64,000 nucleotides of DNA. It comes from Macrostomum lignano. Its lineage: Eukaryota. This document shows, piece after piece, positions 13,401 through 26,133 of the stretch. The position numbers were made by a program, and so were the translations under genes. The DNA lies in assembly GCA_002269645.1 (NCBI GenBank), contig NIVC01000288.1, forward strand, positions 124,001 through 188,000, in the 5' to 3' direction. The notes beneath the pieces were generated by a model. It was not told the DNA's origin. It ran no database searches and saw only the letters and a list, made by a program, of their open reading frames with translations. Position 1 is the first letter of the stretch. Each line of letters starts with the position of its first letter.

Positions 13401-14554
13401 TGACACCTATTTTAGTGACCCCTTTGACACCTATTTTAGTGACCCCTGACACCTATTTTAGTGGCCCCCTTTGACACCTATTTTAGTGACCCCCCTTTGA
13501 CACCTATTTTAGTGCCCCTGACACCTGTTTTAGCGACCCCTCCCCCCTTGAAACCTATTTTAGTGACCCCCTCTGACACCTATTTTAGTGACTCCCCCTC
13601 TGAATTCTGTTTTAGTGACCCCCTCTGACACCTAGTGACCTCTATCTGACACCTATTTTGTGACCCCCATCTGAAAACTATTTAGTGACCCCCATCTGGA
13701 CACCTATTTAGTGAACCCCTCTGACACCTTTTTAGTGACCCCCTCTGACACCTATTTAGTGACCCCTCTGACACCTATTTAGTGACCCCCTCTGACACTT
13801 ATTTTAGTGACTCCCCCTCTGAATTCTGTTTTAGTGACCCCCTCTGACACCTAGTGACCTCCATCTGACACCTATTTTGTGACCTCCATCTGACACCTAT
13901 TTAGTGACCCCCATCTGAAACCTATTTAGTGATCCCCTCTGACACCTATTTAGTGACCCCCTCTGCCACCTATTTAGTGACCCCTCTGACACCTATTTAG
14001 TGACCCCCTCTGCCACCTATTTAGTGACCCCTCTGACACCTATTTAGTGACCCCCTCTGCCACCTATTTAGTGACCCCCTCTGACACCTATTTAGTGACC
14101 CCCTCTGACACCTATTTAGTGACCTCCTCTAACAGAAATTGAATAAACATTTGTTAAACATTGCCGCATTGTCAGGCGGGTGCTCAGAGACACTGAGTTC
14201 CTCGGCTACCTGATCCCAGCCTCCGCCATCGTGTTCATCAATCTCTACGGTCATCATCGGGATCCGAGATATTTTCCCAATCCGTCCGAGTTTAAGCCAA
14301 GCAGATTTCTGGACTCGGACGGGCGATACCAGGCCAGCCAATACCTGATCCCATTCGGCCTGGGCCGCAGGTCCTGCCTAGGCGAGTCCCTGGCTAAAGC
14401 TGAGGTGTTCCTATTGTTTGCCAGCTTGCTGCAAAAGTTCAATATTGAACTGACGGATGAGTGCTTGAAGCTTGGCGAAGACCTGCTGGTTGGTACGGAC
14501 GGTATTGTGCGGGCGCCAGAGCCGCATCAACTCCGGCTGGTGCCTAGAGACTAG
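10468..14554 (+). CDS. Cytochrome P450, clan 2 / CYP2-like (exons 10468-10995, 12043-12447, 12859-13091, 14176-14554)
   Basis: N-terminal membrane anchor plus Pro-rich hinge, WKEQRRF (C-helix), AVANVI, AGSDTT (I-helix), EGMR (ExxR), PSRF (PERF-like), PFGLGRRSCLGESLA (heme Cys). Intron 3 needs a GC donor (AG|GCAAGT). Confidence 0.94.
11195..12035. repeat. AAC-rich repeat with core (CAACAACAACACCAGCATCTC)n, P450 intron 1
   Basis: Direct reading; core about 11325-11880. Confidence 0.93.
12461..12812 (+). repeat. 31-bp minisatellite (GAGGGGAGGGGCAGCAGGCACTGAAGGATCT)n, P450 intron 2
   Basis: About 11 units. Confidence 0.95.
13207..14128 (+). repeat. ~24-26-bp minisatellite with core TGACACCTATTTTAGTGACCCC, P450 intron 3
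   Basis: Direct reading. Confidence 0.95.
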
Positions 14555-14720
14555 AGAGACTTTAGAGTAGCTGTTCTTTTTCAACGGTTAACTTATTAAC
14601 TACTGCTAGTAGCATCATGACAATGATTTTTTGTTTTTTTTGTATTTTTGATATTCGCCCATTGATTGAAGCGGTATTGTCTCTGATTAAGTGCGTAAAT
14701 CGGGTCTAACATTGTTTTCA

Positions 14721-14737
14721 AATAAATTTTAAATAAA
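14721..14737 (+). terminator. Tandem candidate poly(A) signals of the P450 gene
   Basis: AATAAA at 14721-14726 and 14732-14737. Confidence 0.6.
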
Positions 14738-14751
14738 AGTCAGTTGCTTAC

Positions 14752-15560
14752 TAAAATAGGTGTCAAAGGGGGTCATTAAAATAGGTGTCAGAGGGGGGGT
14801 CACTAAAATAGGTGTCATAACTAAAATAGGCCGGTGTCAGAAGGGGGTCACTAGAATAGGTGTCAGGGGGTCACTAAAGTAGGTGTCATAGGGGGTAACT
14901 AAAATAGGCCGGTGTCAGAAGGGGGTCCCTAAAATAGGTGTCAGAGAGAGGTCACTAAAATAGGTGTCATAGGGGGGTAACTAAAATAGGTGTCAGAGGG
15001 GGGTCACTAAAATAGGTGTCAGAGGGGGTCACTAAAATAGATGTCAGAGGGGGGTCACTAAAATAGGTGTCAGAAGGGGGTCACTAAAATAGATGTCAGA
15101 AGGGGGTCACTAAAATAGGTGTCAGGGGGTCACTAAAATAGGTGTCAGAAGGGGGTCACTAAAATAGATGTCAGAAGGGGGTCACTAAAATAGGTGTCAG
15201 GGGGTCACTTAAATAGGTGTCAGAGGGGGGTCACTTAAATAGGTGTCAGAGGGGGGGTCACTAAAATAGGTGTCAAGGCGGGGGTCACTTAATAGGTGTC
15301 AGGGGGTCACTAAAATAGGTGTCATAGGGGGTAACTAAAATAGGCCGGTGTCAGAAGGGGGTCACTTAAATAGGTGTCAGAGGGGGTCACTTAAATAGGT
15401 GTCAGGGGGGTCACTAAAATAGGTGTCAGAGGGGGGGTCACTAAAATAGGTGTCAAGGCGGGGGTCACTTAAATAGGTGTCAGGGGGGTCACTAAAATAG
15501 GTGTCAGAGGGGGGGGTCACTAAAATAGGTGTCAAGGAGGGGGTCGCTAAAATAGGTGTG
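14752..15560 (-). repeat. Same minisatellite in inverted orientation (GGGGTCACTAAAATAGGTGTCA), just past the P450 poly(A) signals
   Basis: The 22-nt core is the exact reverse complement of the intron-3 core. Confidence 0.95.
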
Positions 15561-16789
15561 GGGGACAATATACGAGTAATAGGTGTAAAATGCACACCTA
15601 ATAAATGCTTAGTGAAAAGCTCGAGAGCCTATATTGTTCTGTTCTATTGTAAGTAATTGCATTGCAACTTTAAGTGTGTTAATTCTAGGTCTTTAGAGAG
15701 TTGAATATAAAGTTAATTATCTTTAATCGACATTCCAGTTTTATTCAACAAATTAATAACTGTACTGTTTTTTCGCTTACAAATTTTTTCAAAAGCTTTA
15801 AACACAATCATTTTTATCGAGTGAATAAATAATTTAATGAGTTTTATTAATTTAACGTCAATTATGTACTAATAATTAAGTGGCAGTTTGTTAGATAAAA
15901 TCGAATTACGTTTTATTTGACCCCAGAGAACGCACTCGCACATGGGTACTTTGTTTCGTGGTAAACAAAGAAGCGAAGAAACTAAAAACTAAAAATAAGA
16001 AAAATCCTATATACTAAAATAAGAAACTAAAAAAACTAAGACAACGAATACACTGAAAAAATCTAAGAATACGAAACAACAAAAAAACGAAAAAACTGAC
16101 AAAAATTACGACACTAAAAACAAAGAAAATAAAAAAGCGAAGAAACGATAAAAAACAAAAACCAAAGAAAAATAAGAAACTAAAAATACGAAAAAAACGA
16201 AGAAACAAATAAGAAAGAAGTAATTTCGCTGTAATATAACAAACTATCACTATTGTTTTCTAAGAAACGAGCGGGGTTTTCCGGCTTTGGTGACGCCGTT
16301 GTTGCGGAATGGAACCAACGACTTAATTAGTGTCACAGGACTTGGAAAAGCGTTAGCGCTGAGCTAATCGTACCTGTTTTTTTACCAGAAATGTCCAATA
16401 ACAGTTGCACATTGTAATTATGAATTGTACTAATGTGAAGCAACTAGCCGTCTTTAGACAAGAGAATTTGAAATGCAGCAATGTGTTTTTACAAGCTTTC
16501 AACTTAAGCCTTCAAGGGTTTCGGTTTTCTACAGGTATATAATTTACAAGCACAACATAATTTTTCGCGTAAAGATCCTTTCTTACCTACCTACCTACTT
16601 AGGGTATCTTGCGTTCTTCCGCCTCTCATGCTGACTGCTGATTAATGTTCAGCCTAAATTGCACAATGCATATCTGTATGGGCAGTATGGCATGACTAAG
16701 GGAGGACTTTAAAACTGTTTGCAAACTGTAATTGCTATGTGCAGCCTTAGATATACTCAAGTAGATCATTTTAAGCGGCTGCTGTCATT

Positions 16790-17402
16790 ACAGTTTTGGC
16801 GCATTCACTACCGTCTTAGCGCCTTTATTACAGTTTTGGCGTTTTCATTACAGTTTTAGCGCCTTTAATTACAGTTTTGGCGTTTTCATTACAGTTTTAG
16901 CACCTTCATTACAGTTTTAGCGCCTTTATTACAGTTTTAGCACCTTTATTACAGTTTTAGCACCTTTATTACAGTTCCAGCACCTTTATTACAGTTTTAG
17001 CACCTTTATTACAGTTTTAGCACCTTTATTACAGTTTTAGCACCTTTATTACAGTTTTAGCACCTTTATTACAGTTTTAGCGCCTCTATTACAGTTTTAG
17101 CACCTTTATTACAGTTTTAGCACCTTTATTACAGTTTTAGCACCTTTATTACAGTTTTAGCACCTTTATTACAGTTTTAGCACCTTTATTACAGTTTTAG
17201 CACCTTTATTACAGTTTTAGCACCTTTATTACAGTTTTAGCACCTTTATTACAGTTTTAGCACCTTTATTACAGTTTTAGCACCTTTATTACAGTTTTAG
17301 CACCTTTATTACAGTTTTAGCACCTTTATTACAGTTTTAGCACCTTTATTACAGTTTTAGCACCTTTATTACAGTTTTAGCACCTTTATTACAGTTTTAG
17401 CA
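16790..17402. repeat. 20-bp minisatellite (ACAGTTTTAGCACCTTTATT)n
   Basis: Direct reading; very homogeneous on the right, divergent on the left. Confidence 0.95.
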
Positions 17403-17989
17403 CAATCGCCATTGCCAATTTCGGCTATATCTTAATACTAAAGATAAAAATCATATTGTAGATATTTTTAATATCTAATTCTAAAATAGTTTCTACGAGC
17501 GTACAATACATTATTTCAGTTATCAGCAGTCCTAGTAGACCTTGATGCTTTTGGCAAACCGAAGCCTCTCTACTACTAAGTCAATTGCTAAGTTGATGCA
17601 CCTGTGCCTTGTTTTTACAAGGTCGACTATGCAAGATTGATAGATTAGGTGCAAATAGGAAGGCCAGACAAATATTGTACAGATTTAATAGCTAGCTAAA
17701 GCTGTTGTTAATCCAATAGGAGAAATGAAAGTAAGAGGTGAGAGAATTAAATGAATGCCAAAAGCTGAAATGGCAGTGCAGATAAAGTTTTGTGCAACCC
17801 TCCAATGCTTGTTTTCCTTTGCATTCCCCTTCCATTGCTAGAGGGAAGCTGTTTGGGAAATCAAAAGACTTGATGTAAAATGCTTTCAATATCTGCAAGC
17901 CTTAATTAAGAGGGGATGAAGAAAAGGCGGCTAAGTGAGGAACTGGGAGTTGGGAAGGGAGCAATGAGTGGCAATTAGCGAGAGGGAAT

Positions 17990-19125
17990 ATGCGGAGCGG
18001 AGATGGGGAAGGCTAAAGGCGAGAGGAGAAAGACAAGGGCAAGAGAGACAAGGGCAAGAGAGACAAGGGCGAGAGGTGAGAGACAAGGGCAAGAGGTGAG
18101 AGACAAGGGCAAGAGGTGAGAGACAAGGGCGAGAGGTGAGAGACAAGGGCGAGAGGTGAGAGACAAAGGCGAGAGGTGAGAGACAAGGGCGAGAGGTGAG
18201 AGACAAGGGCGAGAGGTGAGAGACAAGGGCGAGAGGTGAGAGACAAAGGCGAGAGACAAGGGCGAAGGGAGAGGCATAAAGGCGAGAGACAAGGGGGAGA
18301 AGAGAGACTAGGGCGAAAGGAGAGGCACAAAGGCGAGAGACAAGGGCGAAGGGAGAGGCACAAAGGCGAGAGACAAGAGCGAGAAGAGAGAGACAAGGGA
18401 AAAAGGAGAGGCACAAAGGCGAGAGACAAGGGCGAAAGGAGAGGCACAACGGCAAGAGGAGAGAAAAGGGCGAGAGGAGAGAGACAAAGGCGAAAGGAGA
18501 GGCACAACGGCAAGAGGAGAGAAAAGGGCGAGAAGAGAGAGACAAGGGCGAAGGGAGAGGCACAAAGGCGAGAGACAAGGGGGAGAAGAGAGACTAGGGC
18601 GAAAGGAGAGGCACAAAGGCGAGAGACAAGGGCGAAGGGAGAGGCACAAAGGCGAGAGACAAGAGCGAGAAGAGAGAGACAAGGGAAAAAGGAGAGGCAC
18701 AAAGGCGAGAGACAAGGGCGAAAGGAGAGGCACAACGGCAAGAGGAGAGAAAAGGGCGAGAGGAGAGAGACAAAGGCGAAAGGAGAGGCACAACGGCAAG
18801 AGGAGAGAAAAGGGCGAGAAGAGAGAGACAAGGGCGAAGGGAGAGGCACAAAGGCGAGAGATAAGGGCGAAGGGAGAGGCACAAAGGCGAGAGACAAGGG
18901 CGAGAAGAGGGAGACAAGGGCAAAAGGAGAGGCACAAAGGCGAGAGACAACGGCGAAAGGAGAGGCACAAGGTCGAAAGGAGAGGCACAAAGGCAAGAGG
19001 AGAGAAAAGGGCGAGAGGAGAGAGACAAAGGCGAAAGGAGAGGCACAAAGGCGAGAGGGACCAGGGCGAGAAGAGAGACAAGAGCGAAAGGAGAGGCATA
19101 AAGGCGAGAGACAAGGGCGAAATGA
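17990..19125. repeat. Purine-rich compound minisatellite (GAGACAAGGGCGAGAGGTGA and GGCGAGAGACAAGGGCGAAAGGAGAGGCACAAA units)
   Basis: Direct reading; strong purine/pyrimidine strand asymmetry. Confidence 0.9.
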
Positions 19126-19653
19126 CGCAATCACTGAGATAGCGAGAGTTAGTAACCGTACCAGATACTAAAGAATGACAAAAAACGAAGGGTAGAAGCG
19201 GACAGCGATTAAAACAAAAAAATCATTTTTTACTGCACCGACAGGCCGGGTCTATAATAAAACGTGGCCTGTTGGCAGTAATAGTACAATTTTAAGATCG
19301 ATGGCAAGCATATGATTTATACACAAGTAGATAGTTACAGAGGAGACGCAACACATCAGATTAGAAATATGTCAATGGTATGAGTGCTGGACAGGCGCTG
19401 TTTTCTAGCAGCTGTTACAGGCTGACTGATGTCAACCACAGTTAGACATGCAGGATGCGGTACCTCCAAACCCCCAACTCGCTTTTTTATAGAGACCATG
19501 AAAGCAGTGGTTTGGAATTTGGCTTTAAATTGTGCGAATCATGGATGCCTAAAATCTAGATGTCTGGATTTAAACTTTCTTGAAGAGCGTTTGTTGAAAA
19601 GTGGAAGCAAGCAAGCAAAAAGTACCGTCCGCTTGCTTTGAAAGCAGTATGCT

Positions 19654-22600
19654 CTGAGCTACTCTGAGCTACTCTCTGAGCTACTCTCTGAGCTACTCTC
19701 TGAGCTACTCTCTGAGCTACTCTGAGCTACTCTCTGAGCTACTCTCTGAGCTACTCTGAGCTACTCTCTGAGCTACTCTCTGAGCTACTCTCTGAGCTAC
19801 TCTCTGAGCTACTCTCTGAGCTACTCTCTGAGCTACTCTCTGAGCTACTCTCTGAGCTACTCTCTGAGCTACTCTCTGAGCTACTCTCTTAGCTACTCTC
19901 TGAGCTACTCTGAGCCACTCTGAGCTACTCTCTGAGCTACTCTCTGAGCTACTCTCTGAGCTACTCTCTGAGCTACTCTCTGAGCTACTCTCTGAGCTAC
20001 TCTCTGAGCTACTCTCTGAGCTACTCTGAGCCACTCTGAGCTACTCTCTGAGCTACTCTCTGAGCTACTCTCTGAGCTACTCTGAGCTACTCTCTGAGCT
20101 ACTCTCTGAGCTACTCTCTGAGCTACTCTCTGAGCTACTCTGAGCCACTCTGAGCTACTCTCTGAGCTACTCTCTGAGCTACTCTGAGCCACTCTGAGCT
20201 ACTCTCTGAGCTACTCTCTGAGCTACTCTCTGAGCTACTCTCTGAGCTACTCTGAGCTACTCTCTGAGCTACTCTCTGAGCTACTCTGAGCTACTCTCTG
20301 AGCTACTCTCTGAGCTACTCTCTGAGCTACTCTCTGAGCTACTCTGAGCTGCTCTGAGCTACTATGAGCTACTCTCTGAGCTACTCTCTGAGCAACTATG
20401 AGCTACTGTCTGAGCTACTCTGAGCTGCTCTGAGCTACTCTCTGAGCTACTCTCTGAGCTACTCTCTGAGCTACTCTGAGCCACTCTGAGCTACTCTCTG
20501 AGCTACTCTCTGAGCTACTCTCTGAGCTACTCTCTGAGCTACTCTCTGAGCTACTCTCTGAGCTACTCTGAGCTACTCTCTGAGCTACTCTCTGAGCTAC
20601 TCTGAGCTACTCTCTGAGCTACTCTCTGAGCTACTCTCTGAGCTACTCTCTGAGCTACTCTCTGAGCTACTCTCTGAGCTACTCTCTGAGCTACTCTCTG
20701 AGCTACTCTGAGCTACTCTCTGAGCTACTCTCTGAGCTACTCTGAGCTACTCTCTGAGCTACTCTCTGAGCTACTCTCTGAGCTACTCTCTGAGCTACTC
20801 TCTGAGCTACTCTCTGAGCTACTCTCTGAGCTACTCTCTGAGCTACTCTCTGAGCTACTCTCTGAGCTACTCTCTGAGCTACTCTGAGCTACTCTCTGAG
20901 CTACTCTCTGAGCTACTCTCTGAGCTACTCTCTGAGCTACTCTCTGAGCTACTCTCTGAGCTACTCTCTGAGCTACTCTCTGAGCTACTCTCTGAGCTAC
21001 TCTCTGAGCTACTCTCTGAGCTACTCTCTGAGCTAGTCTCTGAGCTACTCTCTGAGCTACTCTCTGAGCTACTCTGAGCTACTCTCTGAGCTACTCTCTG
21101 AGCTACTCTCTGAGCTACTCTCTGAGCTACTCTCTGAGCTACTCTGAGCTACTCTCTGAGCTACTCTCTGAGCTACTCTCTGAGCTACTCTCTGAGCTAC
21201 TCTCTGAGCTACTCTCTGAGCTACTCTCTGAGCTACTCTCTGAGCTACTCTCTGAGCTACTCTCTGAGCTACTCTCTGAGCTACTCTGAGCTACTCTCTG
21301 AGCTACTCTCTGAGCTACTCTCTGAGCTACTCTCTGAGCTACTCTGAGCTGCTCTGAGCTACTATGAGCTACTCTCTGAGCTACTCTCTGAGCAACTATG
21401 AGCTACTGTCTGAGCTACTCTGAGCTGCTCTTAGCTACTCTCTGAGCTACTCTCTGAGCTACTCTCTGAGCTACTCTGAGCCACTCTGAGCTACTCTCTG
21501 AGCTACTCTCTGAGCTACTCTCTGAGCTACTCTCTGAGCTACTCTCTGAGCTACTCTCTGAGCTACTCTGAGCTACTCTCTGAGCTACTCTCTGAGCTAC
21601 TCTGAGCTACTCTCTGAGCTACTCTCTGAGCTACTCTCTGAGCTACTCTCTGAGCTACTCTCTGAGCTACTCTCTGAGCTACTCTCTGAGCTACTCTCTG
21701 AGCTACTCTGAGCTACTCTCTGAGCTACTCTCTGAGCTACTCTGAGCTACTCTCTGAGCTACTCTCTGAGCTACTCTCTGAGCTACTCTCTGAGCTACTC
21801 TCTGAGCTACTCTCTGAGCTACTCTCTGAGCTACTCTCTGAGCTACTCTCTGAGCTACTCTCTGAGCTACTCTCTGAGCTACTCTGAGCTACTCTCTGAG
21901 CTACTCTCTGAGCTACTCTCTGAGCTACTCTCTGAGCTACTCTCTGAGCTACTCTGAGCTACTCTCTGAGCTACTCTCTGAGCTACTCTCTGAGCTACTC
22001 TCTGAGCTACTCTCTGAGCTACTCTCTGAGCTACTCTCTGAGCTACTCTCTGAGCTACTCTCTGAGCTACTCTGAGCCACTCTGAGCTACTCTCTGAGCT
22101 ACTCTCTGAGCTACTCTCTGAGCTACTCTCTGAGCTACTCTCTGAGCTACTCTCTGAGCTACTCTCTGAGCTACTCTCTGAGCTACTCTCTGAGCTACTC
22201 TCTGAGCTACTCTCTGAGCTACTCTCTGAGCTACTCTCTGAGCTACTCTCTGAGCTACTCTCTGAGCTACTCTCTGAGCTACTCTCTGAGCTACTCTCTG
22301 AGCTACTCTCTGAGCTACTCTGAGCCACTCTGAGCTACTCTCTGAGCTACTCTCTGAGCTACTCTCTGAGCTACTCTCTGAGCTACTCTCTGAGCTACTC
22401 TGAGCTACTCTCTGAGCTACTCTCTGAGCTACTCTCTGAGCTACTCTCTGAGCTACTCTCTGAGCTACTCTCTGAGCTACTCTCTGAGCTACTCTCTGAG
22501 CTACTCTCTGAGCTACTCTCTGAGCTACTCTGAGCTACTCTCTGAGCTACTCTCTGAGCTACTCTCTGAGCTACTCTCTGAGCTACTCTCTGAGCTACTC

Positions 22601-25600
22601 TCTGAGCTACTCTCTGAGCTACTCTCTGAGCTACTCTGAGCCACTCTGAGCTACTCTCTGAGCTACTCTCTGAGCTACTCTCTGAGCTACTCTCTGAGCT
22701 ACTCTCTGAGCTACTCTCTGAGCTACTCTCTGAGCTACTCTCTGAGCTACTCTCTGAGCTACTCTCTGAGCTACTCTCTGAGCTACTCTCTGAGCTACTC
22801 TCTGAGCTACTCTCTGAGCTACTCTCTGAGCTACTCTCTGAGCTACTCTCTGAGCTACTCTCTGAGCTACTCTCTGAGCTACTCTGAGCCACTCTGAGCT
22901 ACTCTCTGAGGTACTCTCTGAGCTACTCTCTGAGCTACTCTGAGCTACTCTCTGAGCTACTCTCTGAGCTACTCTCTGAGCTACTCTCTGAGCTACTCTC
23001 TGAGCTACTCTCTGAGCTACTCTCTGAGCTACTCTCTGAGCTACTCTCTGAGCTACTCTCTGAGCTACTCTCTGAGCTACTCTCTGAGCTACTCTCTGAG
23101 CTACTCTCTGAGCTACTCTCTGAGCTACTCTCTGAGCTACTCTCTGAGCTACTCTCTGAGCTACTCTCTGAGCTACTCTCTGAGCTACTCTCTGAGCTAC
23201 TCTCTGAGCTACTCTCTGAGCTACTCTCTGAGCTACTCTCTGAGCTACTCTCTGAGCTACTCTCTGAGCTACTCTCTGAGCTACTCTCTGAGCTACTCTC
23301 TGAGCTACTCTCTGAGCTACTCTCTGAGCTACTCTCTGAGCTACTCTCTGAGCTACTCTCTGAGCTACTCTCTGAGCTACTCTCTGAGCTACTCTCTGAG
23401 CTACTCTCTGAGCTACTCTCTGAGCTACTCTCTGAGCTACTCTCTGAGCTACTCTCTGAGCTACTCTCTGAGCTACTCTCTGAGCTACTCTCTGAGCTAC
23501 TCTCTGAGCTACTCTCTGAGCTACTCTCTGAGCTACTCTCTGAGCTACTCTCTGAGCTACTCTCTGAGCTACTCTCTGAGCTACTCTCTGAGCTACTCTC
23601 TGAGCTACTCTCTGAGCTACTCTCTGAGCTACTCTCTTAGCTACTCTCTGAGCTACTCTGAGCCACTCTGAGCTACTCTCTGAGCTACTCTCTGAGCTAC
23701 TCTCTGAGCTACTCTCTGAGCTACTCTCTGAGCTACTCTCTGAGCTACTCTCTGAGCTACTCTCTGAGCTACTCTGAGCCACTCTGAGCTACTCTCTGAG
23801 CTACTCTCTGAGCTACTCTCTGAGCTACTCTGAGCTACTCTCTGAGCTACTCTCTGAGCTACTCTCTGAGCTACTCTCTGAGCTACTCTGAGCCACTCTG
23901 AGCTACTCTCTGAGCTACTCTCTGAGCTACTCTGAGCCACTCTGAGCTACTCTCTGAGCTACTCTCTGAGCTACTCTCTGAGCTACTCTCTGAGCTACTC
24001 TGAGCTACTCTCTGAGCTACTCTCTGAGCTACTCTGAGCTACTCTCTGAGCTACTCTCTGAGCTACTCTCTGAGCTACTCTCTGAGCTACTCTGAGCTGC
24101 TCTGAGCTACTATGAGCTACTCTCTGAGCTACTCTCTGAGCAACTATGAGCTACTGTCTGAGCTACTCTGAGCTGCTCTGAGCTACTCTCTGAGCTACTC
24201 TCTGAGCTACTCTCTGAGCTACTCTGAGCCACTCTGAGCTACTCTCTGAGCTACTCTCTGAGCTACTCTCTGAGCTACTCTCTGAGCTACTCTCTGAGCT
24301 ACTCTCTGAGCTACTCTGAGCTACTCTCTGAGCTACTCTCTGAGCTACTCTGAGCTACTCTCTGAGCTACTCTCTGAGCTACTCTCTGAGCTACTCTCTG
24401 AGCTACTCTCTGAGCTACTCTCTGAGCTACTCTCTGAGCTACTCTGAGCCACTCTGAGCTACTCTCTGAGGTACTCTCTGAGCTACTCTCTGAGCTACTC
24501 TGAGCTACTCTCTGAGCTACTCTCTGAGCTACTCTCTGAGCTACTCTCTGAGCTACTCTCTGAGCTACTCTCTGAGCTACTCTCTGAGCTACTCTCTGAG
24601 CTACTCTCTGAGCTACTCTCTGAGCTACTCTCTGAGCTACTCTCTGAGCTACTCTCTGAGCTACTCTCTGAGCTACTCTCTGAGCTACTCTCTGAGCTAC
24701 TCTCTGAGCTACTCTCTGAGCTACTCTGAGCTACTCTCTGAGCTACTCTCTGAGCTACTCTCTGAGCTACTCTCTGAGCTACTCTCTGAGCTACTCTCTG
24801 AGCTACTCTCTGAGCTACTCTCTGAGCTACTCTGAGCTACTCTCTGAGCTACTCTCTGAGCTACTCTCTGAGCTACTCTCTGAGCTACTCTCTGAGCTAC
24901 TCTCTGAGCTACTCTCTGAGCTACTCTCTGAGCTACTCTCTGAGCTACTCTCTGAGCTACTCTCTGAGCTACTCTGAGCCACTCTGAGCTACTCTCTGAG
25001 CTACTCTCTGAGCTACTCTCTGAGCTACTCTGAGCTACTCTCTGAGCTACTCTCTGAGCTACTCTGAGCCACTCTGAACTACTCTCTGAGCTACTCTCTG
25101 AGCTACTCTCTGAGCTACTCTCTGAGCTACTCTCTGAGCTACTCTCTGAGCTACTCTCTGAGCTACTCTCTTAGCTACTCTCTGAGCTACTCTGAGCCAC
25201 TCTGAGCTACTCTCTGAGCTACTCTCTGAGCTACTCTCTGAGCTACTCTCTGAGCTACTCTCTGAGCTACTCTCTGAGCTACTCTCTGAGCTACTCTCTG
25301 AGCTACTCTGAGCCACTCTGAGCTACTCTCTGAGCTACTCTCTGAGCTACTCTCTGAGCTACTCTGAGCTACTCTCTGAGCTACTCTCTGAGCTACTCTC
25401 TGAGCTACTCTCTGAGCTACTCTGAGCCACTCTGAGCTACTCTCTGAGCTACTCTCTGAGCTACTCTGAGCCACTCTGAGCTACTCTCTGAGCTACTCTC
25501 TGAGCTACTCTCTGAGCTACTCTCTGAGCTACTCTGAGCTACTCTCTGAGCTACTCTCTGAGCTACTCTGAGCTACTCTCTGAGCTACTCTCTGAGCTAC

Positions 25601-26133
25601 TCTCTGAGCTACTCTCTGAGCTACTCTGAGCTGCTCTGAGCTACTATGAGCTACTCTCTGAGCTACTCTCTGAGCAACTATGAGCTACTGTCTGAGCTAC
25701 TCTGAGCTGCTCTGAGCTACTCTCTGAGCTACTCTCTGAGCTACTCTCTGAGCTACTCTGAGCCACTCTGAGCTACTCTCTGAGCTACTCTCTGAGCTAC
25801 TCTCTGAGCTACTCTCTGAGCTACTCTCTGAGCTACTCTCTGAGCTACTCTGAGCCACTCTGAGCTACTCTCTGAGCTACTCTCTGAGCTACTCTCTGAG
25901 CTACTCTCTGAGCTACTCTCTGAGCTACTCTCTGAGCTACTCTCTGAGCTACTCTCTGAGCTACTCTCTGAGCTACTCTCTGAGCTACTCTCTGAGCTAC
26001 TCTCTGAGCTACTCTCTGAGCTACTCTCTGAGCTACTCTCTGAGCTACTCTCTGAGCTACTCTCTGAGCTACTCTGAGCTACTCTCTCAGCTACTCTCAG
26101 CTACTCTCAGCTACTCTGAGCTACCCTGAGCTA
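19654..26133. repeat. 6.5-kb satellite (GAGCTACTCTCT)n with 10-bp variants and higher-order blocks
   Basis: Direct reading; variant cassettes recur at fixed offsets. Confidence 0.97.

Noticed and set aside
19232-19290. Imperfect hairpin ACTGC..GACAGGCC / GGCCTGTTGGCAGT as a Helitron 3' end
   Set aside because: Not followed by the CTRR terminus, and the loop is too long.
19717-25474. (SESS)n/(QRVA)n ORFs up to 383 aa
   Set aside because: Satellite translations with frameshifting 10-bp variants; no coding context.
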